From Antedon mediterranea (taxonomy: Eukaryota; Animalia; Echinodermata): a stretch of 64,000 nucleotides of DNA. The stretch spans positions 19,902,001-19,966,000 of the forward strand of contig NC_092674.1 in NCBI RefSeq assembly GCF_964355755.1, in the 5' to 3' direction. The translations under genes were made by a program, and so were the position numbers. Position 1 is the first letter of the stretch, and every line of letters starts with the position of its first letter. Positions 13,224 through 24,040 of the stretch are shown one piece after another. A model generated the notes under the pieces. That model had not been told where the DNA came from. It did not search any database and worked only from the letters and a program-made list of their open reading frames with translations.

Positions 13224-14108
13224 CCTGCTGCAACTGCTCAAAATACGGTATAAAAATACGGTATTTTTTGTACCATGTTTTAGTACCCCGTTTCTGCTAA
13301 CAATACTTCTTGGGTGGTCATGTTAAAATTCATCCTTTTTACCCAAATTGCCATTCCTTTATTTGGTCGATAATTAAAAGTCACAATAAAGGAAGTTTTA
13401 CGTCTCACTTTCAACAGCCTAGCCCTAGTGATAGAGATGTTGTGAGAGCACAGAAACCATCGTATTGAAGACAAGTAATTCGTTCCCTCCCCGAGTTATT
13501 GTCTTTTACATGTTGTACTGCTTTCGCAGGCTCTTCAGCTTTAAGTTTACTTGCTTTGGAGACAAGTCTATTGTCCGTACTCCTGCTTTTTTTAGAAATG
13601 TCTTTATAAATGTGGTTGTCCCTTTGATTACCTTTTAGTTGGCCGGACATTTTAGGTTCCCCTCCTTCCCCACACAGATTTATAATTATAGTAAATACTG
13701 TGATGTCTTCGATCCACATTTTCGCGAATACAGGTACAGTATATCTATGCATGTGTGTAAAACAGCTGACAGCGACAGAAAATAAAAACATGATGTTGAC
13801 CTTATGTTGCAGGTAACAAAAATACGGTATTTTTTATTGGCAGCAGAAATGGTTACAGAAAATATGGTATAGATTTGAAAATACCGTATTTTATCAACAA
13901 ATTTGGTGGGGAAAATACGGTATACAAAATACGGTATACAAAATACACTATACAAAATACGCTATACAAAATACGCTATACAAAATACGCTATACAAAAT
14001 ACGCTATACAAAATACGGTATTTTTTTTATAAGCGCCGTTTTCGCTGCAAACAAAATACTGAATATATACGGTATTAAATACTGTATTTTATTTGGCAGC
14101 AGAAACAG
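13224..14108. mobile_element. Non-autonomous TIR element with AAAATACGGTAT subterminal repeats, copy 1
   Basis: Near-identical to 26700-27579. Right end gcagcagaaacag. Has an expanded 14-bp tatacaaaatacgc array at ~13915-14020. Confidence 0.8.
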
Positions 14109-14680
14109 TATTTCAATATAAAATAACAATGCTGTAGTTGCAATCTTTTGGAAACTGTGTGGCTTTATTCTTGTTCGCCTATTTGCTTGTTTTTATTTAT
14201 TTTCTCCTGCTTACTGTAGTTTATTTGGTTAGAACTGGAACTGCATGACGTACAGTATGTAAAGATTACATACTGTACAGTATGTAAAGATTACATACTG
14301 TAGGTGCCAAGAAGTGAAGTAGGGTAGGTTAGGGTACAGTATAACATTGCAGGTTATAGCGATAAAAACTTTATTTTTGTTATTATATTTGAACCATATT
14401 TAATGAGGTTGATCCATCCAGCAATTGGTGATCATTTGGGACCCTCAGAACAGATACCTGTACACTAGCGTAGGTGTATATCGAACGGATGTTACCGGTA
14501 GGTGATACAGTACCTGTACTAGCTAAAGGGAAGTTTTGTTCTTACAGCAGGTGTGTGTGAAGTGGTGTTCAAATACAGTTGACTTGGTGAAAACGCTAGT
14601 ATAACTTGAGTTAGAACACACTTCTGTAATTTACTCATATTATAGTGTGCACTTGTTTTTCCAAGTCAGTTTGTTTCATA

Positions 14681-14705
14681 CTCTCTCTCTCTCTCTCTCT
14701 CTCTC
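14681..14705. repeat. (CT)n microsatellite
   Basis: About 12 CT units. Confidence 0.9.
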
Positions 14706-15339
14706 GAAGTGCCATATCATGACTTTGGCTTTGTTTCATACTATTGACGCTAATGAAGCATAAGGCAAACTATATTAAAACTCGACCACTATGTATGAGC
14801 AAGATAGAAGGGTAGTGAGAAGGTTTATTGTGCCTTAATACCACCTGCTACCATGGCCTTTACAGGTGCCATTAGTAGAAGAAAGACTTGCTTTTGCTTG
14901 GTAGAATTCAGTTTAGTATTTAGTAAACAGGTTGAATTATATTCACTATTGTTTTTTTTTGTGTGATACACTAAAAGCTATAAGCATTTATTGCACATTG
15001 TCTTGTTTTTGTTATACTAACAAATTTAATAATTGATTAAATTTGCTTTGGAATTAAGGAGATTAGTACTATTATAAAGTTGAATAAAAACTTTTTAAAT
15101 ATGGTGACATCAACTTGTTTATAATATTTGATTTTTTAGACACATTAAAACAACTAATCTTGATTGATTCTTGATCAAACGATTTCTGTGGAGTCAGTTT
15201 TAGCTACAGTAACTAATGCAATCACAGTCTGTTTTTTACCTAGACTCAATCCTGGGTCATTGAGATGAGGTCAAATGACACTGGGCTAACATTTGACATT
15301 CAAACTGTGTTAGTAGATAGTATATCCAGTGATGTCATA

Positions 15340-15977
15340 GGCTGTGTTTATACAACACCCTAAATTTGAACACGTCTTTAATTTTTAGCGTGTTGCACGG
15401 GCCGAGGTCAACCCCACAAAAACCTTGCAGTTATACATGAAATCTTAATACCGTGTTATATCGTAGTTCATAATCCTAAAGTTGTATATATACTTGCATG
15501 CATTATGAATTAATATGATTTTATTAAGGATTTTAATAAAAGAAGGATTTCGTTTAAAATTTAGTTTATACAGTTATTGAGTTTTTAAATCTGCTTTTGA
15601 AATTAAAAAAAAAAATATTTCAGAATTAGGATAAAACTATGCTACATTTTGCCAAATTATGCCAACATTTGATTAGCGTTAATGTTAACTGCTAAATTGG
15701 TTAAAATATGCAAAAAAAGGCACAATTATCTACTAGATTTGGTCAACATTTTCACAGGACATACTTTTATTTAACGAGAGGTCAAAACAATACCCTGAGG
15801 ACACTTCCAACAGGCCAACAGCAACCGGGAATCCACACAATTTTAAGATTCAGCCAAGTAGCCTTTTTTGCAATTAAAATCTCATTACAGGGAATCTCTT
15901 CGATGTTATACAATCACACTTCTCATAGGCGTGTTGAATATGCGTGTATTACTGTAGCATGTTGTATAAACGCACCC
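15340..15977. mobile_element. PIF/Harbinger-like non-autonomous element
   Basis: ata|ggctgtgtttatacaaca ... tgttgtataaacgcaccc|ata: short TIRs and a 3-bp flanking duplication. Confidence 0.6.
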
Positions 15978-16173
15978 ATAGTGAAGGCTACCTGACAAAC
16001 TGGGTTTATTGTACAGGTAGTAAAAGTGAGGTTACAGTACAACGCACTCTTTTTATCAACAACTACAAAAACTGTTCTCACAGTAAAACCATTTTGTAAT
16101 GTTTCATTAGAAACAGGTGCTTTGGTTCTCTCAGAAATAGGTCCTAAACAAAACGATAATGTTGAAATGAATA

Positions 16174-16782
16174 CAGTACAGAAAGAAATTACTGCTTCGT
16201 AGCTACACGTAGCCTATGCGTAGGTAGATCGTAGGTCATTGATCTCTCCTACGCTGTATTGTCCATAGCCTACTGTACGATGTATTGTTTGTGTTGAACG
16301 TTCTGATACTATATTTAGAATGAATTGTTTACGATCTTTTTTCTCGGCATCGTTTCTGGATGGACTGGACGTTCGCTGTTTATTAGTTGGCCGATTCGTT
16401 GATGTCCACCTGTGTTGGATCGTGTCTCTATGTTTTTACATCGTGGGAAATTTATATTTACATTCGCCATTGAGTAGGTAAATACACGAAGGAAACGATT
16501 ACAATTAAAAAATATTATTTATTTTTAGTAATTTACAACTTGGTCCTCCGGCAGTTAAATTTACCACATTAATTTCACACCTTCTTACTTCACTTAAGAA
16601 CATCGCAGGGTTGTTTATAATATAGGTTACGAACTACCTACGAAGTTCAGAACGTAGCTCATTGAAAGTTGAATTGAGGTTACGAAGCCAAGCAATGGAA
16701 CCTACGAAGCCAACAACGTAGCCTACGTTCTATCTACGAAGCTACTTCGTAGGTAAAGTTGCAGTACTTTCTTTCTGTACTG
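16174..16782. mobile_element. TA-flanked non-autonomous DNA transposon
   Basis: TA|cagtacagaaagaaattactgc ... gcagtactttctttctgtactg|TA, with CTACG/CGTAG subterminal repeats. Confidence 0.75.
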
Positions 16783-18079
16783 TAGTATTAATAATATGTA
16801 CTGTATACAAATAAACAAAAGTTTTTTGTTTAAATATAAAAAAAGTGATTTTTCAAGAATGATCAAAGATTTATTGCCATGATCATGTGCTAATTCCTCA
16901 TTCAGGATATACCTATAGATTCTAATTAAATAAAAACAAACCACAATTCTATTATAATTTATTAATCTGCCAGCTTGCTTTTAAAACCACAAAACTTCTT
17001 TTTAACCGCCCACTCATTTTTATCAACTTATTGTAAAGTAAATTAATCCAATGGCACAGGTTTAAGAAATCAAGTTTTCCTGATACATACAGTAGTCTTG
17101 TGTTTGGCTATTTTCCTCAAAATTTATTAATACATTGAAGGAAGTCTTGTCATTTTATTTAAAAAGCACATGTATAGGCCTACAGTAATTATCGTTTGTA
17201 TTTAGTGTATACAGTATATAGGGTCATTCCATCTCAGATCACCCAATGAGTTAAACCCTACCTCTTCCAATTTTGATGAAATTTGGTATATGGGTGATTC
17301 ATAGCAATTAAAGTCAAAATTTCAAATTTTAACTTTATCGGACCAACGGTTTTCGAGATATCGCAATTTCAATTTTCGGTTTTTACGCAAAAAAGGGCGC
17401 GTCCGCCACGTTTCAAAGAGCTGTATCTCGGGAACTATAGGTTCAATTTTAAAAGCAAAGGTATTTTTGTAAAGGGGAGACCATAAGGAATCTAAATATA
17501 CTAATTGTGTGTGTTTTATGTTAATTTTAAGTTTAATAAAACTTTGAAATATATTTTGACCTTGAAATTGACACCGTGGAACACGCCCGATTTGTTGGTG
17601 ACTATCACGAAAAATGTAGCCCTACGTGTCAACTACAACATATAAAAAAATTGGAGGGGTTTTTTTCTTTGTTTCCATGAAATTACAATTTGAAGTTGAC
17701 ATACCTCTTCCTTTTAGTGTATTTTTTGGTGTTGTTATATACTTATACACAGTGTGAACACTAACTGTTAAGGTGTCTTATTGTTACGCTTTCTCATCAG
17801 GCCCACTTAAACACTACAGTAGATATATTTTGATATGAGAAATACTGGGTAACTCACATACTTTTCAAATCAATTTTGACACATAGTTTAGTGTCCTTAC
17901 TATGTTATTTTAGTGTATTTTGGTGTCTGTCCATGCATTACTTCAATGTCAATTTGATGTATTCCAAAAATAATTTTATTTACAAACTAAATATTATTAT
18001 AATGTTACAATTGTCTATGTCTGGCCTTTACTCCTTGTCATCTGGCCAATTCAAACAGTATTTAGAAATGTTGTGGCGT

Positions 18080-18695
18080 TCATTTTGGGAAATTACTGTA
18101 ATTCCTAGTCGAAGAGGATTTTATAAACGGAGAGGCTATAATACAATGTACATTTGATTCAGGAATCCAACAACAGTCTTCTTTGGACGGCCAATAAAAG
18201 ATTTTCGCTGGCCCATGAGGATGCATAAATTTAATTTGATAATCCCCAAACTCTTCTGAGACATCCACAACCAAATGGGACACCATCATAACTACAGCAC
18301 ACAAATTCTGAAGTCTAATAATGGTGGGTTGTGTATCAGCAACAATTTCATTTTCATCACTGAAAGATTCTTGAATCACTACCACATCCGGAGGGTTTAT
18401 CTGGGTACTAAGTTTGTAGACCTGCATCTGTGCCAGATAAACGTGAACAAAGCGATGATATTGTAATGTACCCTTGATGGTCTGGGCGAGGTTGAATCTC
18501 GGCTTTATTTCTTTTTCCACAGTAGATACCTCATCTATTCCCACATGAAAAAAGTTGATGCCTGGAATGTCCATATGAGCGAGTCATATGGCCGAGCGGT
18601 TAAGGCAGGGGCGTCGTTTACCGTACCTAAAGAGCCAACAACAACATCGGCAAGGGTTCGAGGCCGACTCGCTCCTAGTTCTGGTGGTGGAACAA

Positions 18696-18729
<34 letters not shown>

Positions 18730-19272
18730 AGTGTACACAGTTATAACCTGTGTGTACTTTAAAGAACCCAGTTCATTATTCGAAAAAGAGTAGGGGGTTA
18801 TCCCGGTGAACTGGTTCACACAATAGCCCCTGTATCAGGGGGATTACCACCTATCTGATAGGACAGTGATTAATTCACTATTGGTAATCCTTGGCCACAT
18901 TGCCTAAAGACATAAATAAAAATAAAAAATTACACAGTAGTCGAACATACTGAGAGATGTGAGAATATGACATTCAGTCAAACGCTGTAAGCTTCTCTTA
19001 GTGACAAGCCTCTTAACTGTTCCACCTATGCCATCACATGCACTCTTGCCATGTGATGTAGCGAAAAAATTCCCCTCGGCGTCTAAACCAAAATCTTCCT
19101 GGTGGTGGCAAAGGTTAATAAAGTTATATTTGTTTTTGTATTGGCCGCCACATCCATCTGTGAAATAATGAACTTTTTTCATGGTTGGTAGTTTTGATTT
19201 TAAATAGGGGATGACAACCTTTAAAAAGGCATCAGTAACTGATGTATGTTCTCTGCAATCACTTATTATGCA
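18080..19272 (-). pseudogene. Sola2-type DDD transposase remnant, N-terminus missing, split by a SINE
   Basis: CIISDCREH...KKVHYFTDGCGGQYKN...FFATSHGKSACDGIGGTVKR...MFDYCV|MDIPGINFFHV...IKGTLQYHRF...FMHPHGPAKIFYWP. Removing 18575-18930 joins the two ORFs in frame. Confidence 0.8.
18575..18930 (+). mobile_element. tRNA-derived SINE with a Deu/Nin-like central domain
   Basis: A box TGGCCGAGCGG (~18589), B box GGTTCGAGGCC (~18655), central gataaggactataaaccgtaggtcc...aaagaaccc...gagtagggggttatcccggtg, and an A-rich tail. Confidence 0.8.
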
Positions 19273-22247
19273 TTAATATGCATAATAACATAGTAAGGAC
19301 ACTAAACTATGTGTCAAAATTGATTTGAAAAGTATGTGAGTTACCCAGTATTTCTCATATCAAAGTATATCTACTGTTTAAGTGGGCCTGATGAGAAAGC
19401 GTAACAATAAGACACCTTAACAGTTAGTGTTCACACTGTGTATAAGTATATAACAACACCAAAAATACACTAAAAGGAAGAGGTATGTCAACTTCAAATT
19501 GTAATTTCATGGAAACAAACAAAAAAACCCCTCCAATTTTGTTATATGTTGTAGTTGACAAGTAGGGCTACATTTTTCGTGATAGTCACCAACAAATCGG
19601 GCGTGTTCCACGGGGTCAATTTCAAGGTCAAAATATATGTCAAAGTTTTATTCAACTTAAAATTAACATAAAACACACACAATTAGTATATTTAGGTTCC
19701 TTATGGTCTCCCCTTTACAAAAATACCTTTGTTTTTAAAATCGAACCTATAGTTCCCGAGATACAGCTCTTTGAAACGTGGCGGCCGCTCCCTTTTTTGC
19801 GTAAAAACCGAAAATTGAAATTGCGATATCTCGAAAACCGTTGGTCCGATAAAGTTAAAATTTGAAATTTTGGCTTTAATTGCTATGAATCACCCATATA
19901 CCAAATTTCATCAAAATTGGAAGAGGTAGGGTTTAAAATTCCATTTTTTTTGGGTGAACTGAGATGGAATGACCCTATATGTAGTAGTAAAAAATATTAT
20001 GTTATAAAAGGTGATTCCCTGGACTCGGTCAGCGTGTGACACTTTCAGCTCATTGGGCATCTGGCCTAAGCCTACATCTCCACAAAATGAGTCCTATGAA
20101 GTCTTTTTTTAAAGTGTATATTTCTGATTTATCGGTATAGTTTAATTAAAAGATGCCCATTTCATTTTTTTGTTATGTTAAACCAATTGATTATACCATT
20201 TATTTGGATTTACCAAAATTAAATCATTAGTGTAAATTTGAGTCATTTTTAATAAAAAGCTTGTTGATTAAGTACTAACTCAATGTTTAAAATATACTCT
20301 GTTAAATAAGTACTCATAGAAAATGAATGGTAAAGTCCTTAATCAAATAGGCCCAACAGCACTGCTAACTTTGAAATGTTAAATTCAGTGAACCTACTGC
20401 AATATAAATACAGTATTATTTACAGTACTGTATATTGATTTAAATGCATGTTGCTATGATAGACATGTAGTCTAGTAGGAAGGAGGGGTTACCGTGCACC
20501 CCCATGATGTATTTTTTTAATGTACATTTTTGTAATCCTGAATATATGTAATTAACATTTTTTGATGTTCCCAAGACGAAATATTGTCCCATGGGGTTTT
20601 TTTGGGGCCATTTTGGTGGCCATCTTGGATTTATCAAAATCATAAATATAGACGATACTTGTCAAAGACTGATCATAGAGGTCTGATTTTGGTCTTAAAT
20701 TGTTCAGAATATGCACATTTCTATGTACTATAATGAAAAGTTTTTGTTCAAAATGGCCGTAAATGCCACTTTTGACCTTTGACCTTGTTTTTACATAAGG
20801 GTGATATCTTGGTAACCTCTGGTCATAAAGATTTTATTTTTGTCTTAAATTGTTCAGAATATCCATATTTATATTCGCTTTAATGGAACATATTTTTGAA
20901 ATTTGACGGGAAATATCATTTTGACCTTTGACATTATTGAATAACGATTTTCGCAATAATTTAGGTTATTTTTGTATTCGACCTATATCTTGACAACGAG
21001 TGATCATAGAGGTTTGATTTTGGTCTTATATTGTTCAGAATATGCACTTTCCTATGTACTATAATAAAACATTTTCATACAAAATGACCGGAAATACGAC
21101 TTTTGACCTTTGACCTCGTTTTTACATAAGGGTCATATCTCGGTAACCAATGGTCATAACGATTTTATTTTTGTTTTAAATTGTTCGGAGTATCCATATT
21201 TATATTAGCTTTAATGAAACATATTTTTGAAATTTGATGGAAAATATCACTTTTGACCTTTGACATTATTTCCACCCGAGGGTCATATCTCGGTAACCCC
21301 TGGTCATAAAGACTTTATTTTTGTCATAAATTGTTCAGAATATCCATATTTATATAAGATTTAATGAAACATATTTTTGAAAGTTGGCAGGAAATACAAC
21401 TTTTGACCTTTTACTGTACCTTGTTTCCACCCGAGGGTCATATCTCGGTAATCTCTGGTCATAAAGACTTTATTTTTGTCATAAATTGTTCAGAATATCC
21501 ATATTTATATAACATTTAATGAAATACAACTTTTGACCTTATTTTCACTTGAGGGCCATATCTTGGTAACAAATTTTTTTTGTCTAAGATTGTTCAAAAC
21601 ATACATATTTCTATCCACTCTAATGAATATTTATTTAAAACAATGATCATAAATGTTACTATCAATTGTCACATTTAACACCTTCCACAGAATTCTCATA
21701 CAGTAAGAATTTTTTCTGTTTTAAAGTAAAAATAAATTTAAAAGATGTAAATAAAATAACAACATGCTGAGAAAAAGGGAAAATTACAGACTTTATAAAA
21801 AACTGTTGAATATACATGCTATCCACTCTAATGATGATTTATCCTCAAAAACTGACAATAAATGTCATTTTTTACCTTTGACCCTTATTTAAATATAATT
21901 TACATATAATGCGAGAATTCTTAACAATTCTCAAATTAGAAAAAAGTATCCGATAAATAATTAAAAAAAAGTGTCTGATAACACGTTTCATTACATAAGT
22001 ATTCATAATTAAAGGTGGCTACAGTACTTTTAGGTCTGCAAACAACTTTTATCCAATAGAATGTGTTTATTGTCCAATTGGAAGAGACAATAACAAAATT
22101 AATGTCAACATCTTCATAATCTTAATTTATTTTGGAAACAGTACTGATAGACGGCTACAAAAATACATTTTCTAATCAAATTCTATTCTTCATTAAATGG
22201 AAAATTTAGGGAAAGAAAAGGGGATAATTGTATTTTACACGTGGATG

Positions 22248-22618
22248 GTATTCTTGACATAACACTCGATCTGAGGACAGGTACCTTCCACCCATATACA
22301 CCAAACCAAACAATACGCCATTATGTACACCACAACATGTATACCACTAGCAATAAATAAACGACTCTCAAACATCTCATCCGATGAAAATTCGTTTAAT
22401 GCAGCAATACCTCAGTACCAAGAAGCACTTAGAAATAATAGATATGAACATGAGCTACACCTGAACAAACAACCAAAAAGAAAACCCGAAACAGAAACAT
22501 CATTAATTTGGTTCAATCCTCCGTACAGCAAGAACGTAAAGACCAATATCGGACCCAAATTTTTACATTTAGTGGATGAGTGTTTCTCACAAGGCCATAA
22601 TCTCCGAAAGACTTTTAA
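22248..22618 (+). pseudogene. Penelope-like element RT thumb/linker fragment
   Basis: ILDITLDLRTGTFHPY (frameshift) IPLAINKRLSNISSDENSFN...IWFNPPYSKNVKTNIGPKFL, a motif typical of GIY-YIG Penelope-like elements. Confidence 0.75.
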
Positions 22619-22619
22619 T

Positions 22620-23170
22620 GTTGGCATTGATTGCTGGTGGTATCTACAATATCTAAGGTTACGCACGGTATACTTATGGTCGAACTTTAGAGGGTCTGCC
22701 AGGGCCAAGGCAGGGTACAGATAGTTTGTAATAGGTTGGTATTCCTTACAATGTGCTAAATCATATAACATTGGTTGCTGGTGGTATCTACAATATCTAA
22801 GCTAGGCTAGTTGGGAGAAGGGGGTCGTTAGTCGAACTTTAGAGGGGTCTGCCAGGGCCAAGGCAGTGTACAGATAGTCTGTAATAGGTCATTTGGTATT
22901 TCTTACAATGTGCTAAATCATATAACATTGGGTGCTGGTGGTATCTACAATATCCAATCTAGGCCATTTGTGGGAAGGGGATCTCTAGTCGAACTTTAGA
23001 GGGGTCTGCCAGGGCCAAGGCAGTGTACAGATAGTCTGTAATAGGTCATTTGGTATTCTTACATTGTGCTAAATCATATAACATTGGCTGCTGGTGGTAT
23101 CTACAATATCTAATCTAGGCCATTTGTGGGAAGGGGGTCTCTAGTCGAACTTTAGGGTGTCTGGCACTTG
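22620..23170. repeat. ~157-bp tandem repeat, about 3.5 copies
   Basis: gctggtggtatctacaatatc recurs at ~22633, 22777, 22934 and 23090. Confidence 0.85.
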
Positions 23171-23648
23171 CGGTGCAGCAGACAATTAGTCTGTCGTTAC
23201 CCATTTAGTATTGTATGAACACAACTTGTTCATTTGGCATTAATTTTGAGTGGTACCTCACTCAGCTATGCTATCACCATTTGTAGGCCCTCCCTCGGGG
23301 GGTCTGGTGGGCCTATTGCAGAGGACAAAATGTTTGGTGATATGATATTGGTATATAGGATGCAAATGGGCATCCCATGGTGGTGAAATTAGGTGGTATC
23401 TCTCTCATCTAATTGGTGCCGATTTGTTAGCACCTTTCGTGTCCCCCGGTATAGACGCAGCAGGGGGTACCCGGCAGACTTCCATTTACATTGACTTCAA
23501 GTGACCTCCAATTAACACACTTAAATAGTCAGATAGTGGTACCTAGCTCATCTAACCAAATGTATCTGGGCTGCCTGTCTACAGCCAGCCATTTACTGAG
23601 TATTCAGTACAGTAATACAATAAATACTAAGCGGTCAGAAGATGCTAC

Positions 23649-23649
23649 T

Positions 23650-23680
<31 letters not shown>

Positions 23681-24040
23681 CGATTTATATAGCGCCATTC
23701 CAACAGTCATTGTTCATGGTGCTACCAAAAATATCAGAAAATGTGAGTTTTGAGTAGTGACTTAAAGGTGCTCAATAATGATGTTTGTTTAATGTTCAAA
23801 GATAGGTGGTTCCAGAACCTACTGTAGGTCCAGCAATACTGAAAGTCCGATCTCCCCAACTATGTTTGCGCCTCTGAATGTCCAGTAGCACCTGATGACT
23901 AGATCTTAGTTCTCGCTTTCTCTTATTGATTGTCGATCATTCTGAGAGGTATTTGAGAGCGCAACTATTTATGAATCGGAGCACCAGCAGGATCTTAAAT
24001 TGAACACACAACTCCACTCCAAATACGATCGCCTCGGTCT
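23649..24040 (-). mobile_element. L2/CR1-clade LINE 3' end
   Basis: Minus strand reads FKILL...KYLSE...SWGDRTFSIAGP..WN...FKSLLKTHIF, followed by ggcgctatataaat and a (GATT)n tail. Confidence 0.75.

Larger units (their letters stand above)
17221..19975 (-). mobile_element. Sola2-like DNA transposon, internally deleted, ~690-bp TIRs
   Basis: TATA|gggtcattccatctcag ... ctgagatggaatgaccc|TATA. TIRs at ~17221-17908 and ~19284-19975. GRG/CYC termini and a 4-bp TSD fit Sola2. Confidence 0.8.

Noticed and set aside
13686-14121. Repetitive YKIRYTK ORFs
   Set aside because: They are translations of 14-bp subterminal repeats.
18577-18675. tRNA gene
   Set aside because: A and B boxes are present, but I see no convincing cloverleaf, and the sequence continues into a SINE body and A-rich tail.
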